The notes: generated by a model from the sequence alone, not told the origin. DNA of 64,000 nucleotides from a virus (IMGVR_UViG_3300033486_000001:1-64000); one strand, 5' to 3'; counted from the first letter of the stretch, positions 46,815 through 56,148 are shown. A program made the numbers and translations.

Positions 46815-47951
46815 TCAAGGGGTTTGTAGCCACTCCAAGATTTTCTTGATGGTGCCATCCCGGTCGGCTTCGTATTCGGCTTCTGGGATTCTGAGGAGCT
46901 GGATTCCGACTTCGATACACTGTTCATTTTTATGGAGATCTGCACCCACTTTGTCGGGTAGCGAGTGCCAATACGTCCCGTCATACTCTATGGCTTTACG
47001 AAGTGATGGCACGTAAATATCGAGCTCTAACCTTGTAGAGCGGAGTAGTCTACGTGCCCCATTGATTGTGTCGGGATACCTCTCTAAAACCAATTCGTAT
47101 ATGTCGAGTTCGGCCTTGGAGTGCTGTTTAGTACAACTTGGGCAGTTGCAACCCCTAGCTCTAGTTTTGGGAGACGTCTCCCATTCGTGTCCATAACGAC
47201 AAATCCACCAAACTTCAATGTCCATTCCAATCGACAAAGACTCGAAGCTTCGTGTATTTTTGGTGGGGTGAAATTCAGATCTTAAGTTTGGGAACAGTAC
47301 GGACAATGAGTTATTGTCTGTGACCCTCTTGCCGGTGCAAAAAGGACAACCGAGGCCCATTAAAGAGCGATGGTCGATGCTGTCGCTCCACGAATGGCCT
47401 TGGTCGCAAATCCACCAAACTTTCTTATTGGATGCAAAAGCTACTTGACTTGGAGAGAGTTTGTTTTTGGCCGAGTCCCATTGTATTGCGAGTCGAGGGT
47501 TTTTGGAACTGAGGGAGTTAAGATCCGATACGCGATTATGAGAACAGTAAGGGCACCCCTGCCCCAATGTTCTAGACGCCACTCTAGACTGCCACTCGTG
47601 TCCTAGTCGGCACATCCACCACACTTTTCTTCCAGAAGAAACCGTTAAAGACTCAAGTGGTGTCGAATTTTTAGGGGAGTATTCTCCCCGGAACTGAGGA
47701 AAAAGAACAGACAGAGAGTTCTTGTCGGTTACAAGTCGACCAGAACAATAGGGGCATCCGGTCGGATTTTTTGCTTTTGCTCTATTCTTTACAACAGACT
47801 CCCATTCATGTCCTTTACTACAGATCCACCAAGCCAGCCTCTCCGAGCCGGCGCTATAGAAAGAGAAAGGGAGCACATTCTTAGTAGGATGAAATTCTGC
47901 ACTCAACCAAGGAGCGACAGAGGATAATGAGTTTGTAGGTAATTTGTCCAT
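46815..47951 (-). CDS. Zinc-ribbon-repeat endonuclease, paralog 2
   Basis: Four WW.C..GH.W...CPYC repeats plus ELDIYVPSLRKAIEYDGTYWH. Confidence 0.8.
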   Translation of the reverse strand: MDKLPTNSLSSVAPWLSAEFHPTKNVLPFSFYSAGSERLAWWICSKGHEWESVVKNRAKAKNPTGCPYCSGRLVTDKNSLSVLFPQFRGEYSPKNSTPLESLTVSSGRKVWWMCRLGHEWQSRVASRTLGQGCPYCSHNRVSDLNSLSSKNPRLAIQWDSAKNKLSPSQVAFASNKKVWWICDQGHSWSDSIDHRSLMGLGCPFCTGKRVTDNNSLSVLFPNLRSEFHPTKNTRSFESLSIGMDIEVWWICRYGHEWETSPKTRARGCNCPSCTKQHSKAELDIYELVLERYPDTINGARRLLRSTRLELDIYVPSLRKAIEYDGTYWHSLPDKVGADLHKNEQCIEVGIQLLRIPEAEYEADRDGTIKKILEWLQTP

Positions 47952-47987
47952 ATCAAAACGCCTATCACTTACTCAATCTAAAGTCAA

Positions 47988-49472
47988 CTACATTTTGACG
48001 ATTTTCACCGGTCCATAAATGTCCTCAAAAATCCGCTTGCGAGCCAACGCGTGTGCGTGCACCGTACGGATGTTGGTCACGTCAAAGTCGATTATGTTGC
48101 AGGAAGTCTTGTTGAGAGGTTTGAAGGGGCGTGTGCAACGACCTACACCTTGGCGAACCTCCACTTCGGATTTGCCGCCTCGAAGGTAAAACATTGTCTT
48201 AACTGACTTGAAATCGGTGCCCGTCGCCACACACGATGTAGCCACAAGTATGGGGAATTCCGACGCATTAAATTGCTTGACAAGCAAATCGTTGTCACAC
48301 TCATGGTACTTTTCCGGGACTTTCGACTTGTTATCGGCCAGAGGCCCGTGAGCGAAACGGCATTCGTGCTGAAAATGCGGAAGCAACTCGGCAAACTGAG
48401 AGACCTCGTCAACCAGTATCAAAACCTGATGTCCTGACACAGCAACACTCTGGTTGGCAATGACTGCGGCGCGCTTGAAAACTTCTGGGTTGTAAAAGAA
48501 ATGCTTGCGGGTCATCTCGTTCGGATCGGCACTCTCAAACTCGACGTGTGACTGTACAGGAACCATGAAGAATACAGGTTTGGCGAGGTAGCCGCCGTCG
48601 ACACCTTGACGTACAGTCAGTTCCAGAACGGTATGTCCGGTGAGAGAATCTAGGAGTTTTCCAGATCCGTCCCCACGAATTTGCGTGGCACTGAAATTGA
48701 ATCGATAAGGCGCGTTCGCCATGACCCCAAGAGCTACATGACAGAAAGTCTGTGCAGCAATTGTATGCGACTCGTCTGTAATAAAAACCTCACACTTGGA
48801 AAGATCTTCCCATTCCTTCGAACCGACCTCAGCCCGAGTTAGAGACTGCCCAGTTCCGATTACGAACAACTTGTTGGACTCTTTTTTGCCTCCGTAGAAT
48901 TTCCCAACGTACTTCTTGCCAAAGTGCTTGACGAAGTCCTCGTAGAGTTGCCCGGAAATGCTGGCAGAAGGTGCCATGATGACTGTCTTAAGCCCTAATG
49001 CTTTTGCAAGAAGTAGTACAATGTACGACTTGCCCGTACCCGTAGCTAATTCAACCCTCGCGTGCTTCGCTTCCAACAGCCGATCTCGCGCTTCGATTTG
49101 GTACGGATATGGCGTCCGGTCTGGCACCACAGCCCACGGGATGTTTTTGGGTTCCGGGTAAACCACCTTGTTGGTTACCGTGCAGCCGTATTTCGATTTT
49201 AAGGCCTCTAGCAGCCCGCTGTTGACGTAATGACGTCCGGACCCATCTCGGCTTAGGAGGCACACCTTCTGACTCGCCTGAAGCTCAGCCAGGCGGCTTG
49301 CGTACGCTTCCGGTCCGAACTTGTTGGCGTACCACGTCGCGTGCTGGAACTTCTTGAGTTCAAAAGCCACTGAAGTGTCGGTGTATGTAAGTTCCTCTTG
49401 AAGGGACTTCAGCTCCGACGGAGTCGCGTCGTCGACGTACAGCTTCGTGGGGGTTTCTAGGGTCAGTTTCAT
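47988..49472 (-). CDS. SF2 DNA helicase (UvsW-like)
   Basis: PYPYQ, LATGTGKS, TDESH, FSAT, VATGTDF, RQGVGRCTR; start reassigned to 49472 (SD GGAGG, ATGA overlap). Confidence 0.88.
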   Translation of the reverse strand: MKLTLETPTKLYVDDATPSELKSLQEELTYTDTSVAFELKKFQHATWYANKFGPEAYASRLAELQASQKVCLLSRDGSGRHYVNSGLLEALKSKYGCTVTNKVVYPEPKNIPWAVVPDRTPYPYQIEARDRLLEAKHARVELATGTGKSYIVLLLAKALGLKTVIMAPSASISGQLYEDFVKHFGKKYVGKFYGGKKESNKLFVIGTGQSLTRAEVGSKEWEDLSKCEVFITDESHTIAAQTFCHVALGVMANAPYRFNFSATQIRGDGSGKLLDSLTGHTVLELTVRQGVDGGYLAKPVFFMVPVQSHVEFESADPNEMTRKHFFYNPEVFKRAAVIANQSVAVSGHQVLILVDEVSQFAELLPHFQHECRFAHGPLADNKSKVPEKYHECDNDLLVKQFNASEFPILVATSCVATGTDFKSVKTMFYLRGGKSEVEVRQGVGRCTRPFKPLNKTSCNIIDFDVTNIRTVHAHALARKRIFEDIYGPVKIVKM

Positions 49473-49741
49473 TGCATAGCCTCCACAAAGTCGCCGAACG
49501 TCATACCGCTGTGTTCCGAATAGGTAGCGATCCATACCTTGAGGACACTCTTGATGTCAAATCCTTGCCAATCCGGAGAGTTGAGGAGCTCAATAAACTC
49601 GGATTCTCTGTGGAGATCAAGGTTTTTAGCGTCTTCCGGTGTCATATCAAACAACCTCATAAAACAATGGCCGCTACAACACTTCGGAAGACTCTCGGCG
49701 TAAATAGCCAACGTGTTCGCCATATCGTAAAACGGGATCAT
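49469..49741 (-). CDS. Hypothetical protein carrying the shared C-terminal motif
   Basis: Ends LKVWIATYSEHSGMTFGDFVEAMQ. Confidence 0.6.
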   Translation of the reverse strand: MIPFYDMANTLAIYAESLPKCCSGHCFMRLFDMTPEDAKNLDLHRESEFIELLNSPDWQGFDIKSVLKVWIATYSEHSGMTFGDFVEAMQ

Positions 49742-50310
49742 AGCAATCCAAACGCGTAGTTCTGAACAGCCAAAAGGCGTTCAGCAGGGGAACCACACAA
49801 ATCGATGACCTTGAACGGCGGGAGGCTCGACAGGAGAGCTGGGATTTGCTGCTGCACCAGGTCGGACTGAGCTTGAGAGTGAATCCGGTTCGGATCGGCG
49901 ACGCCATTCCGTCGCACAATCGGAGCCGCCAAAAAAGTCGCCGAAGTGATTTTAAGGGACCTGCGGATGTACTCTTGCACCTCCGACGCCGTACGAGTCT
50001 TGGTACCCATGTACAACAGCGAATTGATGGGGCTGGAGTCCGAGATTACCAGAACATCGCAGCCGCAACTAGTCACGAGAGCCTCATCGACCTCGAGCTG
50101 CTGAACCATGATTTTGACCTGATCCTTGTCCGTGAGGGTTGGGAACTGATTTGGGGAAAGCTTAAGTTGCACTTTCTTGCGTGCGATGTAAAGCCTGGCT
50201 TGCTCAGAACTGAGCTCGCAGCCGATGCCAGTTTCCTTGAGGCTCGAAAAGAGCATCGCCGCAGTGGTGGTTTTGCCGGAGGCAGGACATCCGATGAAAT
50301 TGATGAGCAT
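49738..50310 (-). CDS. P-loop kinase/ATPase (NadR/AAA_28-like)
   Basis: INFIGCPASGKTT, ISDSSPINSLLY; start reassigned to ATG 50310. Confidence 0.75.
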   Translation of the reverse strand: MLINFIGCPASGKTTTAAMLFSSLKETGIGCELSSEQARLYIARKKVQLKLSPNQFPTLTDKDQVKIMVQQLEVDEALVTSCGCDVLVISDSSPINSLLYMGTKTRTASEVQEYIRRSLKITSATFLAAPIVRRNGVADPNRIHSQAQSDLVQQQIPALLSSLPPFKVIDLCGSPAERLLAVQNYAFGLL

Positions 50311-50316
50311 CCGACA

Positions 50317-50326
50317 ATGATACCAC
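50317..50326 (-). promoter_or_regulatory. Extended -10 GTGGTATCAT, 6 nt before ATG 50310
   Basis: GTGGTATCATTGTCGGATG versus GTGGTATAATAGTCGGATG at 10804 (17/19 identical). Confidence 0.6.
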
Positions 50327-50632
50327 GTCTTGAGGTAAAATCCAACCTGCTCGTTTAGAGGAACTTCGCTTGCTCTGAGGCTCTGAATCGTGTATTGAGG
50401 TTTCACGCGAATTCTTGTTGTATTTGAGACTCGTCTTCGTTGTCTTAAGGAACTGTTCAATGTCTTACATCATCCCACAATACGTCGGTCGGCTGTCGTC
50501 GGCTTTTCTGCGACGACGAAGTCGGTCGGCTTTTGTCGTGCCGTTGCTTTTCGACGAAGTCGGCTCAATCGCCGTCTTGACCGTCTTGTTCTCTTGTAGA
50601 AGTCTCTTGCTCTTCTAGGTAGTAGTGGTTAC

Positions 50633-50868
50633 CTGGTGACGTAATGGTGTTGCGCTGGTGACTACACTTCGTGTGTTGGTGTTGCGCTGGTGACGTAATG
50701 GTGTTGCGCTGGTGACGTAATGGTGTTGCGCTGGTGACTACATGTGTTGGTGTTGCGCTGGTGACTACACCCCATAACCATGCGATATTGCTATACTTTT
50801 GATGTCTTGTTTCCCCGGTGACGTAATGGTGTTGCGCTGGTGACTACACCCCATAACCATGCGATATT
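50633..50868. repeat. Iteron-like direct repeat array (candidate replication origin)
   Basis: GGTGTTGCGCTGGTGAC at 50646, 50678, 50700, 50722, 50749, 50828; the last two copies share the extension TACACCCCATAACCATGCGATATT. Confidence 0.9.
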
Positions 50869-50899
50869 ACTGGGTGGTTGTTGTGGGCTGATTTTGAAG

Positions 50900-50928
50900 T
50901 TGAAGTTCACAGTTAGATGATGTACAAT
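50900..50928 (+). promoter_or_regulatory. sigma70-type promoter TTGAAG-N17-TACAAT
   Basis: Points toward gene 51077. Confidence 0.55.
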
Positions 50929-50945
50929 GGAATAGTTGTTTGGTG

Positions 50946-51023
50946 GAAGTTTGCCGCCCTACTGCTGGTGTCCTTGTTCTCTTGTCCGGGGACTCTGGGT
51001 TGAACTTTAGGGCGGCAAACTTC
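50946..51023. repeat. Perfect 16-bp inverted repeat in the leader of gene 51077
   Basis: GAAGTTTGCCGCCCTA (50946-50961) / TAGGGCGGCAAACTTC (51008-51023). Confidence 0.9.
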
Positions 51024-51076
51024 TGCTTAACAATCGCCCGCTTCAACCGGGTGTCATTTAAGACAAGGGATTTAAA

Positions 51077-51967
51077 ATGTGTGAATCATCCTACAAAAAA
51101 TTCGACGACACCCTAAAGGAACTTGCTCCCGACGAAGAAGGTAAGCGCACGTTTCTTCCGTTGTTGCCAGAGCATATGCGGCTACAAGCCAGCCTTTATC
51201 CGGCGATTGCCGACTTTCTATTTTCTGTTTATGGGCAAATCGATGTAGGACAAGAATGTTCTAAGCCGGCGCGCTGGCTTGACGGTTATAATGCTGGTCG
51301 CTATACCAAGAAGCTCACTGATATGGGGTTGCTGGTCAAGCGCAACAGGAGATTGGTACTCCCACCGACCGACACGATGAAGTGGGTCCGGGTTCCCATC
51401 CGGTGGTTCAGGGATCCTTTGTGTGGAGTATCAACAACAGACATGCAACTTTTGCTGCATGTCATGCATTACACCATACCTGAAGTTGAACTAAGTCAAG
51501 CCCAATACGCCAAATGCATTAACGTCTCGAGATCCGCTATTACTCGGCGTCCTTCTGAGTTTTGGAAGCGCTACCGCGGAAACACTTATGTCGATAGTAA
51601 CGGTTTCAAAAGCACTGCGACGCGATTTAATGTCATCGAGATGATGGTTGGGATGAACACAGACAAGTACGTGACTCCAACTCCGGAGAACCCTAAGGTA
51701 ACGACCTACTTCGAACCTGAGAGGATTCGAACATTACAGCCGAGACCCAAGGCTCCTCAGCCTCCAGCCGAGCCAGTGTGCGACTGGGCGAGGTTAGCTA
51801 AAGAGTCGGACGATCCTGGGATTCTGCGCGAGTGTCTTAGAACTGAAAAGTTCGAGGTTATATCTGATCTTTATATGATCAGGGGTAAGAAACCCAAAGA
51901 GATTTGTTGTGAAATTGAAGCGGCATTCGCAAAATTGAACCAGAGGGGTTATCGATATGGCACATAA
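51077..51967 (+). CDS. Putative replication initiator / wHTH DNA-binding protein
   Basis: YTKKLTDMGLL wHTH-like segment; WVRVP...STTDMQLLL...LSQAQYAKCINVSRSAITR HTH; adjacent to the repeat array. Confidence 0.55.
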   Translation: MCESSYKKFDDTLKELAPDEEGKRTFLPLLPEHMRLQASLYPAIADFLFSVYGQIDVGQECSKPARWLDGYNAGRYTKKLTDMGLLVKRNRRLVLPPTDTMKWVRVPIRWFRDPLCGVSTTDMQLLLHVMHYTIPEVELSQAQYAKCINVSRSAITRRPSEFWKRYRGNTYVDSNGFKSTATRFNVIEMMVGMNTDKYVTPTPENPKVTTYFEPERIRTLQPRPKAPQPPAEPVCDWARLAKESDDPGILRECLRTEKFEVISDLYMIRGKKPKEICCEIEAAFAKLNQRGYRYGT

Positions 51968-53420
51968 TAAAGACACAGTCACGCGAGTCGACCGAAGAGG
52001 GTGGACAAACAAAGAAAGACCCCCTAAACCCGACCTGGCGGCCATCAGCCGTATGAAGGCTGAACAAGATCGCGCAAGGATCGAACAAATCAAACCCGCA
52101 GAGATCTCCCGTTCCGAGACTAAAATGGATAGTGGTTTTAGTCCCGTAGTTATTGATTCAAGTCACGACACCAAGAAGTGGACCTTCGAGCAATGGTCGC
52201 GCCAACTAGCCGAAGCGTCTCTCAAAGAGATTCCTACGAAGCGCGACATTCCGGTCGACACCGAGACCGTGTCTGCGATTTACGCGGCGATTGGCCGGCG
52301 TATGCAAAAGTATCTCAAGGACGGCTTGACGGGCATCTGGGCGAACCGACAAGAAACGTACGACAAGGTTGTCAGTATTTCAAACAAAGCGGCACAATGC
52401 GAGCGTTTGAGTCGGCGCCAGCTCTTTACATGGCTACCTGACGTTGTTGAATGCTTTTACGACGACGAAAGCGTCCATGATTTATTTGAAGAGATGGAAG
52501 AGGCCGGCGACAAAGGGCTTTCGGATGAAGCAATGGACGATTGGATTAACGATTCAACAATCAGGGCTGCCACCAAAGTTATGAGTGTCGTCCAAGAGGA
52601 CCTGTACGAAACCATCGACAACTTTTGGAGTTACATCTCGGGTTACACAGTCAAGCTGCCTGAAATTGAGCGTGCGGTTATGGCGTTTAAGTTTGGTGCT
52701 TCGAAGTGTGACGAATCCAACTTCCGAGAACTCGAGCTGAAAGGACTTGCAAAGTGTCTTGGTTCCATCAAGCCGGTAGATTACCGATGGGTCGAATCCA
52801 TCGAGGATTTTCGGTCGCGAGCTTGGGCGATCATCGAAGAGCGACGTCGCCAGCAAGAAGTCGAAATCGTTGCATCAAAGGCAGAAGCCGAGGCCCATAA
52901 AGTCATTCTGGTTCCATTGACGCCGCCCAAGGCTAGGCCTCTAGCGGAGATCCTGGCTGAGTTCCAGTCGTCCGTTGACTCTCATACGATTCCACCACCC
53001 GGTATTACGCCGGACGAGGTCTCAAAGTTGACCGATCCGACCAAACTCGAAGCGTGCTCGTACTCGACCGACCCAGACATCCTCATGGCCACATTCAATA
53101 ACAAGAAGACTCCATGGTCTGCTTGCGACCGGTGTATGGAGAACAAGACTGTCTTCGAATTCTTTTGCAAGCAAGCCGATGGGCGCGTACCAACATCTCC
53201 GGTTCAAGTCGAGCCCGAGAAGCCAAAAGTCTCGGACCTCGAAATCGCGGTGACATCGACTGATCCTTGTGAATTAGAGCGCGTCGCTGTTACAACAAAC
53301 GATCCGATTGTGAGGGTGGCCATCGTCGCCAACTGCAACGCGAGAAAAGACTTGAAAATGTGGTTGAAGGCGTGTAATAGTGGATTGCAGATGACCTTCA
53401 ACGAATTCACTGGAGAGTAA
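51957..53420 (+). CDS. Hypothetical protein with C-terminal LRV-like repeats and the shared C-terminal motif
   Basis: STDPDIL, STDPCELERVAVTTNDPIVRVAIVAN; ends LKMWLKACNSGLQMTFNEFTGE. Confidence 0.7.
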   Translation: MAHNKDTVTRVDRRGWTNKERPPKPDLAAISRMKAEQDRARIEQIKPAEISRSETKMDSGFSPVVIDSSHDTKKWTFEQWSRQLAEASLKEIPTKRDIPVDTETVSAIYAAIGRRMQKYLKDGLTGIWANRQETYDKVVSISNKAAQCERLSRRQLFTWLPDVVECFYDDESVHDLFEEMEEAGDKGLSDEAMDDWINDSTIRAATKVMSVVQEDLYETIDNFWSYISGYTVKLPEIERAVMAFKFGASKCDESNFRELELKGLAKCLGSIKPVDYRWVESIEDFRSRAWAIIEERRRQQEVEIVASKAEAEAHKVILVPLTPPKARPLAEILAEFQSSVDSHTIPPPGITPDEVSKLTDPTKLEACSYSTDPDILMATFNNKKTPWSACDRCMENKTVFEFFCKQADGRVPTSPVQVEPEKPKVSDLEIAVTSTDPCELERVAVTTNDPIVRVAIVANCNARKDLKMWLKACNSGLQMTFNEFTGE

Positions 53421-53423
53421 AAC

Positions 53424-53627
53424 ATGACACCAGAAGAGTTGGCGAAAGAGTTGGCGGAAGTCCGCGCGAAGTTTGCCGGCGGAGTTGGACTGAGTAAGGC
53501 GACTGACCGCGAGTTGTCATTGATTTTGAGTTGTCCGATTGAAGGCGACTTGATCTCCATGAAGTCCGCTGTCCATTGGCGCGACCTGTCAAAGAATGGC
53601 CCTTTCGACGTCGAGAAAAACAAGTGA
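53424..53627 (+). CDS. Hypothetical protein
   Basis: SD GGAG; GTGA overlap with the next gene. Confidence 0.6.
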   Translation: MTPEELAKELAEVRAKFAGGVGLSKATDRELSLILSCPIEGDLISMKSAVHWRDLSKNGPFDVEKNK

Positions 53628-54328
53628 CTAAATTAGAGCAAGCTAGCGATCCAAACACTCCTGCCGATGTGTTGATCGACATCATTAGTGACGCGCGAAG
53701 AGGCCCCCAATTTGGAGACTCTTGGGGTGCTAGTTCAATCGCGGCTCGCCACAGGAATCTACCAGCGAGTGTAGTGGAAGAAATAGCCAAGAATGGATGT
53801 AGCTCTATCAAATATGATGCTGCAATGAACCCGAATATGTCGCAGTCGGCGTTCGAACTCTTTGCACAAAACAAGTCTTTGTGGGGTAATTTGGTTTTGA
53901 ACCCGAGTACGCCATTACATTTTTTGATTAGAGTGGTTAGAGAGGGTTACTTAAGGGACTGGCAGCACTGCAATAATGCAGATATATGTAATGTCGCTCG
54001 CAGCCTTCGAGCACCTATTTCTATTTTGATGGAACTAGCTAAAGATCCTCATCCAATGGTGAGGGCGGACTTGACACAAAATCCCAACACCCCGGAATGG
54101 TTATTGTGGCAGTTGGCGGCAGATCAAGATGCCCAAGTAAGGTGCTACGTGTGTTACCGCCCAAATTTGCCGCTCAACCTCTATATTCAACTTGCCCAAA
54201 GAGAAGAAAATACGACGGTGCTGGAGTGGATGTCGGATAGCCCGCACACACCAATCAAGATGAAGGTGTGGCTACAGTCTTATCGCGACTCCATGTCTTT
54301 GGAGGAATTTTTGGAGGCAACCAAGTGA
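53624..54328 (+). CDS. LRV (leucine-rich repeat variant)/HEAT-like repeat protein
   Basis: DPNTP, LAKDPHPMVRADLTQNPNTP, LAADQDAQVR; start reassigned to GTG 53624. Confidence 0.8.
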   Translation: MTKLEQASDPNTPADVLIDIISDARRGPQFGDSWGASSIAARHRNLPASVVEEIAKNGCSSIKYDAAMNPNMSQSAFELFAQNKSLWGNLVLNPSTPLHFLIRVVREGYLRDWQHCNNADICNVARSLRAPISILMELAKDPHPMVRADLTQNPNTPEWLLWQLAADQDAQVRCYVCYRPNLPLNLYIQLAQREENTTVLEWMSDSPHTPIKMKVWLQSYRDSMSLEEFLEATK

Positions 54329-54597
54329 CTCAACTAGAGCAAGATCTTAAAGAATTGGAGCTCAATCCTTCACGGTTGAAGTGGGTTATACAGTGTGCTG
54401 GTCGGGCGGATCGAGATTGCATCGCTCGATACACTACCGATCTTCAGGTTCTAGAAATACTCGCTCGAGATAAGGATGGTCAAGTGCGTGGTTCTGTAGC
54501 AGCGAACATCAATACCCCACCTCCCATTAAAGCGTGGCTGACGTCTGGGTATCGTGAAACCATGTCGTTGGAAGAATTTTTGGAGGTTACAAAGTGA
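54325..54597 (+). CDS. LRV repeat protein
   Basis: LARDKDGQVRGSVAANINTP; GTG 54325 with SD GGAGG. Confidence 0.75.
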   Translation: MTQLEQDLKELELNPSRLKWVIQCAGRADRDCIARYTTDLQVLEILARDKDGQVRGSVAANINTPPPIKAWLTSGYRETMSLEEFLEVTK

Positions 54598-54905
54598 CCT
54601 CCTTGGGGCAAGCCAGACACCAGGACACTTCAGTGGAGGAGCTGGAGTCACTCTCATGGCACATAAATTGTAATGTTCGTATTGCTGTAGCTGGGAATTG
54701 CCGGACCCCCACCAAAGCTCTTGTGCAACTAGCTAGAAGTTCTTTCTCTCCAATGCCACATCGCGCGTTGAGAGAGGCTCTTCGGGATCTTCGTTCGGCG
54801 TTGATTTGTAACCCCAACACCCCTCTGGGCGTCAAGATGTGGTTGTTGGATGGTTATAGTGGCATGTCTTTGGAGGATTTTTTGGAGGCGACCAATGCCG
54901 ACTAA
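54594..54905 (+). CDS. LRV repeat protein
   Basis: VRIAVAGNCRTP, LICNPNTP. Confidence 0.75.
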   Translation: MTSLGQARHQDTSVEELESLSWHINCNVRIAVAGNCRTPTKALVQLARSSFSPMPHRALREALRDLRSALICNPNTPLGVKMWLLDGYSGMSLEDFLEATNAD

Positions 54906-54981
54906 TATGTTGATTATTGTAGGGGTTGTGGTGATGTTGGCGGTAGTCACGGAGTTTTGGCGCAGGAGGAGCTTGACGTAG
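54895..54981 (+). CDS. 28-aa membrane peptide (not in the ORF track)
   Basis: MPTNMLIIVGVVVMLAVVTEFWRRRSLT*; SD GGAGG. Confidence 0.5.
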   Translation: MPTNMLIIVGVVVMLAVVTEFWRRRSLT

Positions 54982-55020
54982 AGGTGGGGTTATGGTAGGA
55001 GTTGGGAGAAAGGAGTACTT

Positions 55021-56148
55021 ATGGATCTCAAACCGAATTCATTGACTATTAAGGCGCCGCACTTGAGATCCGAGTGGAGTTCGGAGAATACCGTCAATTT
55101 TGACGATGTGTCGTATGGTTCACAAACCAAATACAAGTGGGTGTGCGTAAACGGACACAAATGGGAGGCGTCTCCTAACAGGAGAACTGACAAGGGGCGG
55201 CGAGGGTGTTCGCGGTGCCCTAGGAACTCTTTGGCTGAGAAAGCTTCGCAGATGGCTTGCGAGTGGCATTCAGACAATCCTAAGAGGTTCCATGAGGTGT
55301 CATTCGGGTCTGTCGTGAAGTACAAGTGGATATGCGTCAAATGCCAGCACATATGGGTCGCGTCCCCCAACAGCAGGACTCACCTCAAGAGACCAACCGG
55401 ATGTCCCGAGTGCTTTAAGAGAGTTACTGATGCTAACTCACTAGCGACGAAAGCACCCCACTTGAAGCTTGAGTGGCATTCGAGTAACTCCAAACAATTC
55501 CACGAAGTCCATTGTGGATCCAATGATTTGTACATGTGGATATGCCGACTTGGGCATACCTGGACCACGACACCGAACCATCGAACAAAGGTCGGCAGGA
55601 AAAGTGGATGTCCGGACTGCGCTCACAGACGTGTTTCAGAACTCAACTCCTTAGCGACAAAAGCTCCGTGGTTGGAAAAAGAGTGGCACTTTAGCAACAA
55701 AAAGAAGTTCCATGAGGTGGCGTACGCTTCACCCACTAAATACACGTGGATTTGCGCCAAAGGACATACCTGGGACGCACAGTGTGGTAGCCGGACACGC
55801 AAGAACTCTACTGGATGCCCAGAGTGTCATTGTTCGACTTCAAGGGCTGAGCAAGCCATTTTTTGTGTCGTTAAGGAAAAATATCAAGATGCCGTCAACA
55901 AAACACGTGGTTTGCTTCGCTCCAAAACACTCGAACTCGATATTTACATTCCATCGCTCAAGAAGGCGATTGAATACGATGGGACCTATTGGCACTCGTT
56001 CCCTGGAGCTATAGAGCGGGATGTCAGAAAAAATCAGCAGTGTATCGAGGTCGGAATTCAGCTCCTCAGAGTTTCCGATCAAGAGTATGAAGCGGATCGC
56101 GAAGGTACTGTCGCCAAGGTTCTTGCTTGGCTTGAGGGCAATCTTTGA
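55021..56148 (+). CDS. Zinc-ribbon-repeat endonuclease, paralog 3
   Basis: Four W.C..GH.W...C..C repeats plus ELDIYIPSLKKAIEYDGTYWH; SD AAGGAG. Confidence 0.8.
   Translation: MDLKPNSLTIKAPHLRSEWSSENTVNFDDVSYGSQTKYKWVCVNGHKWEASPNRRTDKGRRGCSRCPRNSLAEKASQMACEWHSDNPKRFHEVSFGSVVKYKWICVKCQHIWVASPNSRTHLKRPTGCPECFKRVTDANSLATKAPHLKLEWHSSNSKQFHEVHCGSNDLYMWICRLGHTWTTTPNHRTKVGRKSGCPDCAHRRVSELNSLATKAPWLEKEWHFSNKKKFHEVAYASPTKYTWICAKGHTWDAQCGSRTRKNSTGCPECHCSTSRAEQAIFCVVKEKYQDAVNKTRGLLRSKTLELDIYIPSLKKAIEYDGTYWHSFPGAIERDVRKNQQCIEVGIQLLRVSDQEYEADREGTVAKVLAWLEGNL
56140..56145 (+). promoter_or_regulatory. Candidate late promoter AATCTT, 6 nt before the TerL ATG
   Basis: Conserved motif and spacing. Confidence 0.6.

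Noticed and set aside
50311-50640. Hidden CDS in the non-coding gap
   Set aside because: Hand translation of the - strand gave only short frames lacking starts; the 67-aa + strand ORF (50415-50618) is low-complexity with no RBS
50633-50868. Repeat array as a CRISPR or mini-CRISPR
   Set aside because: Repeats are only 17 bp, the intervening sequences are mostly 5-15 nt and themselves repeated, and no cas genes are present
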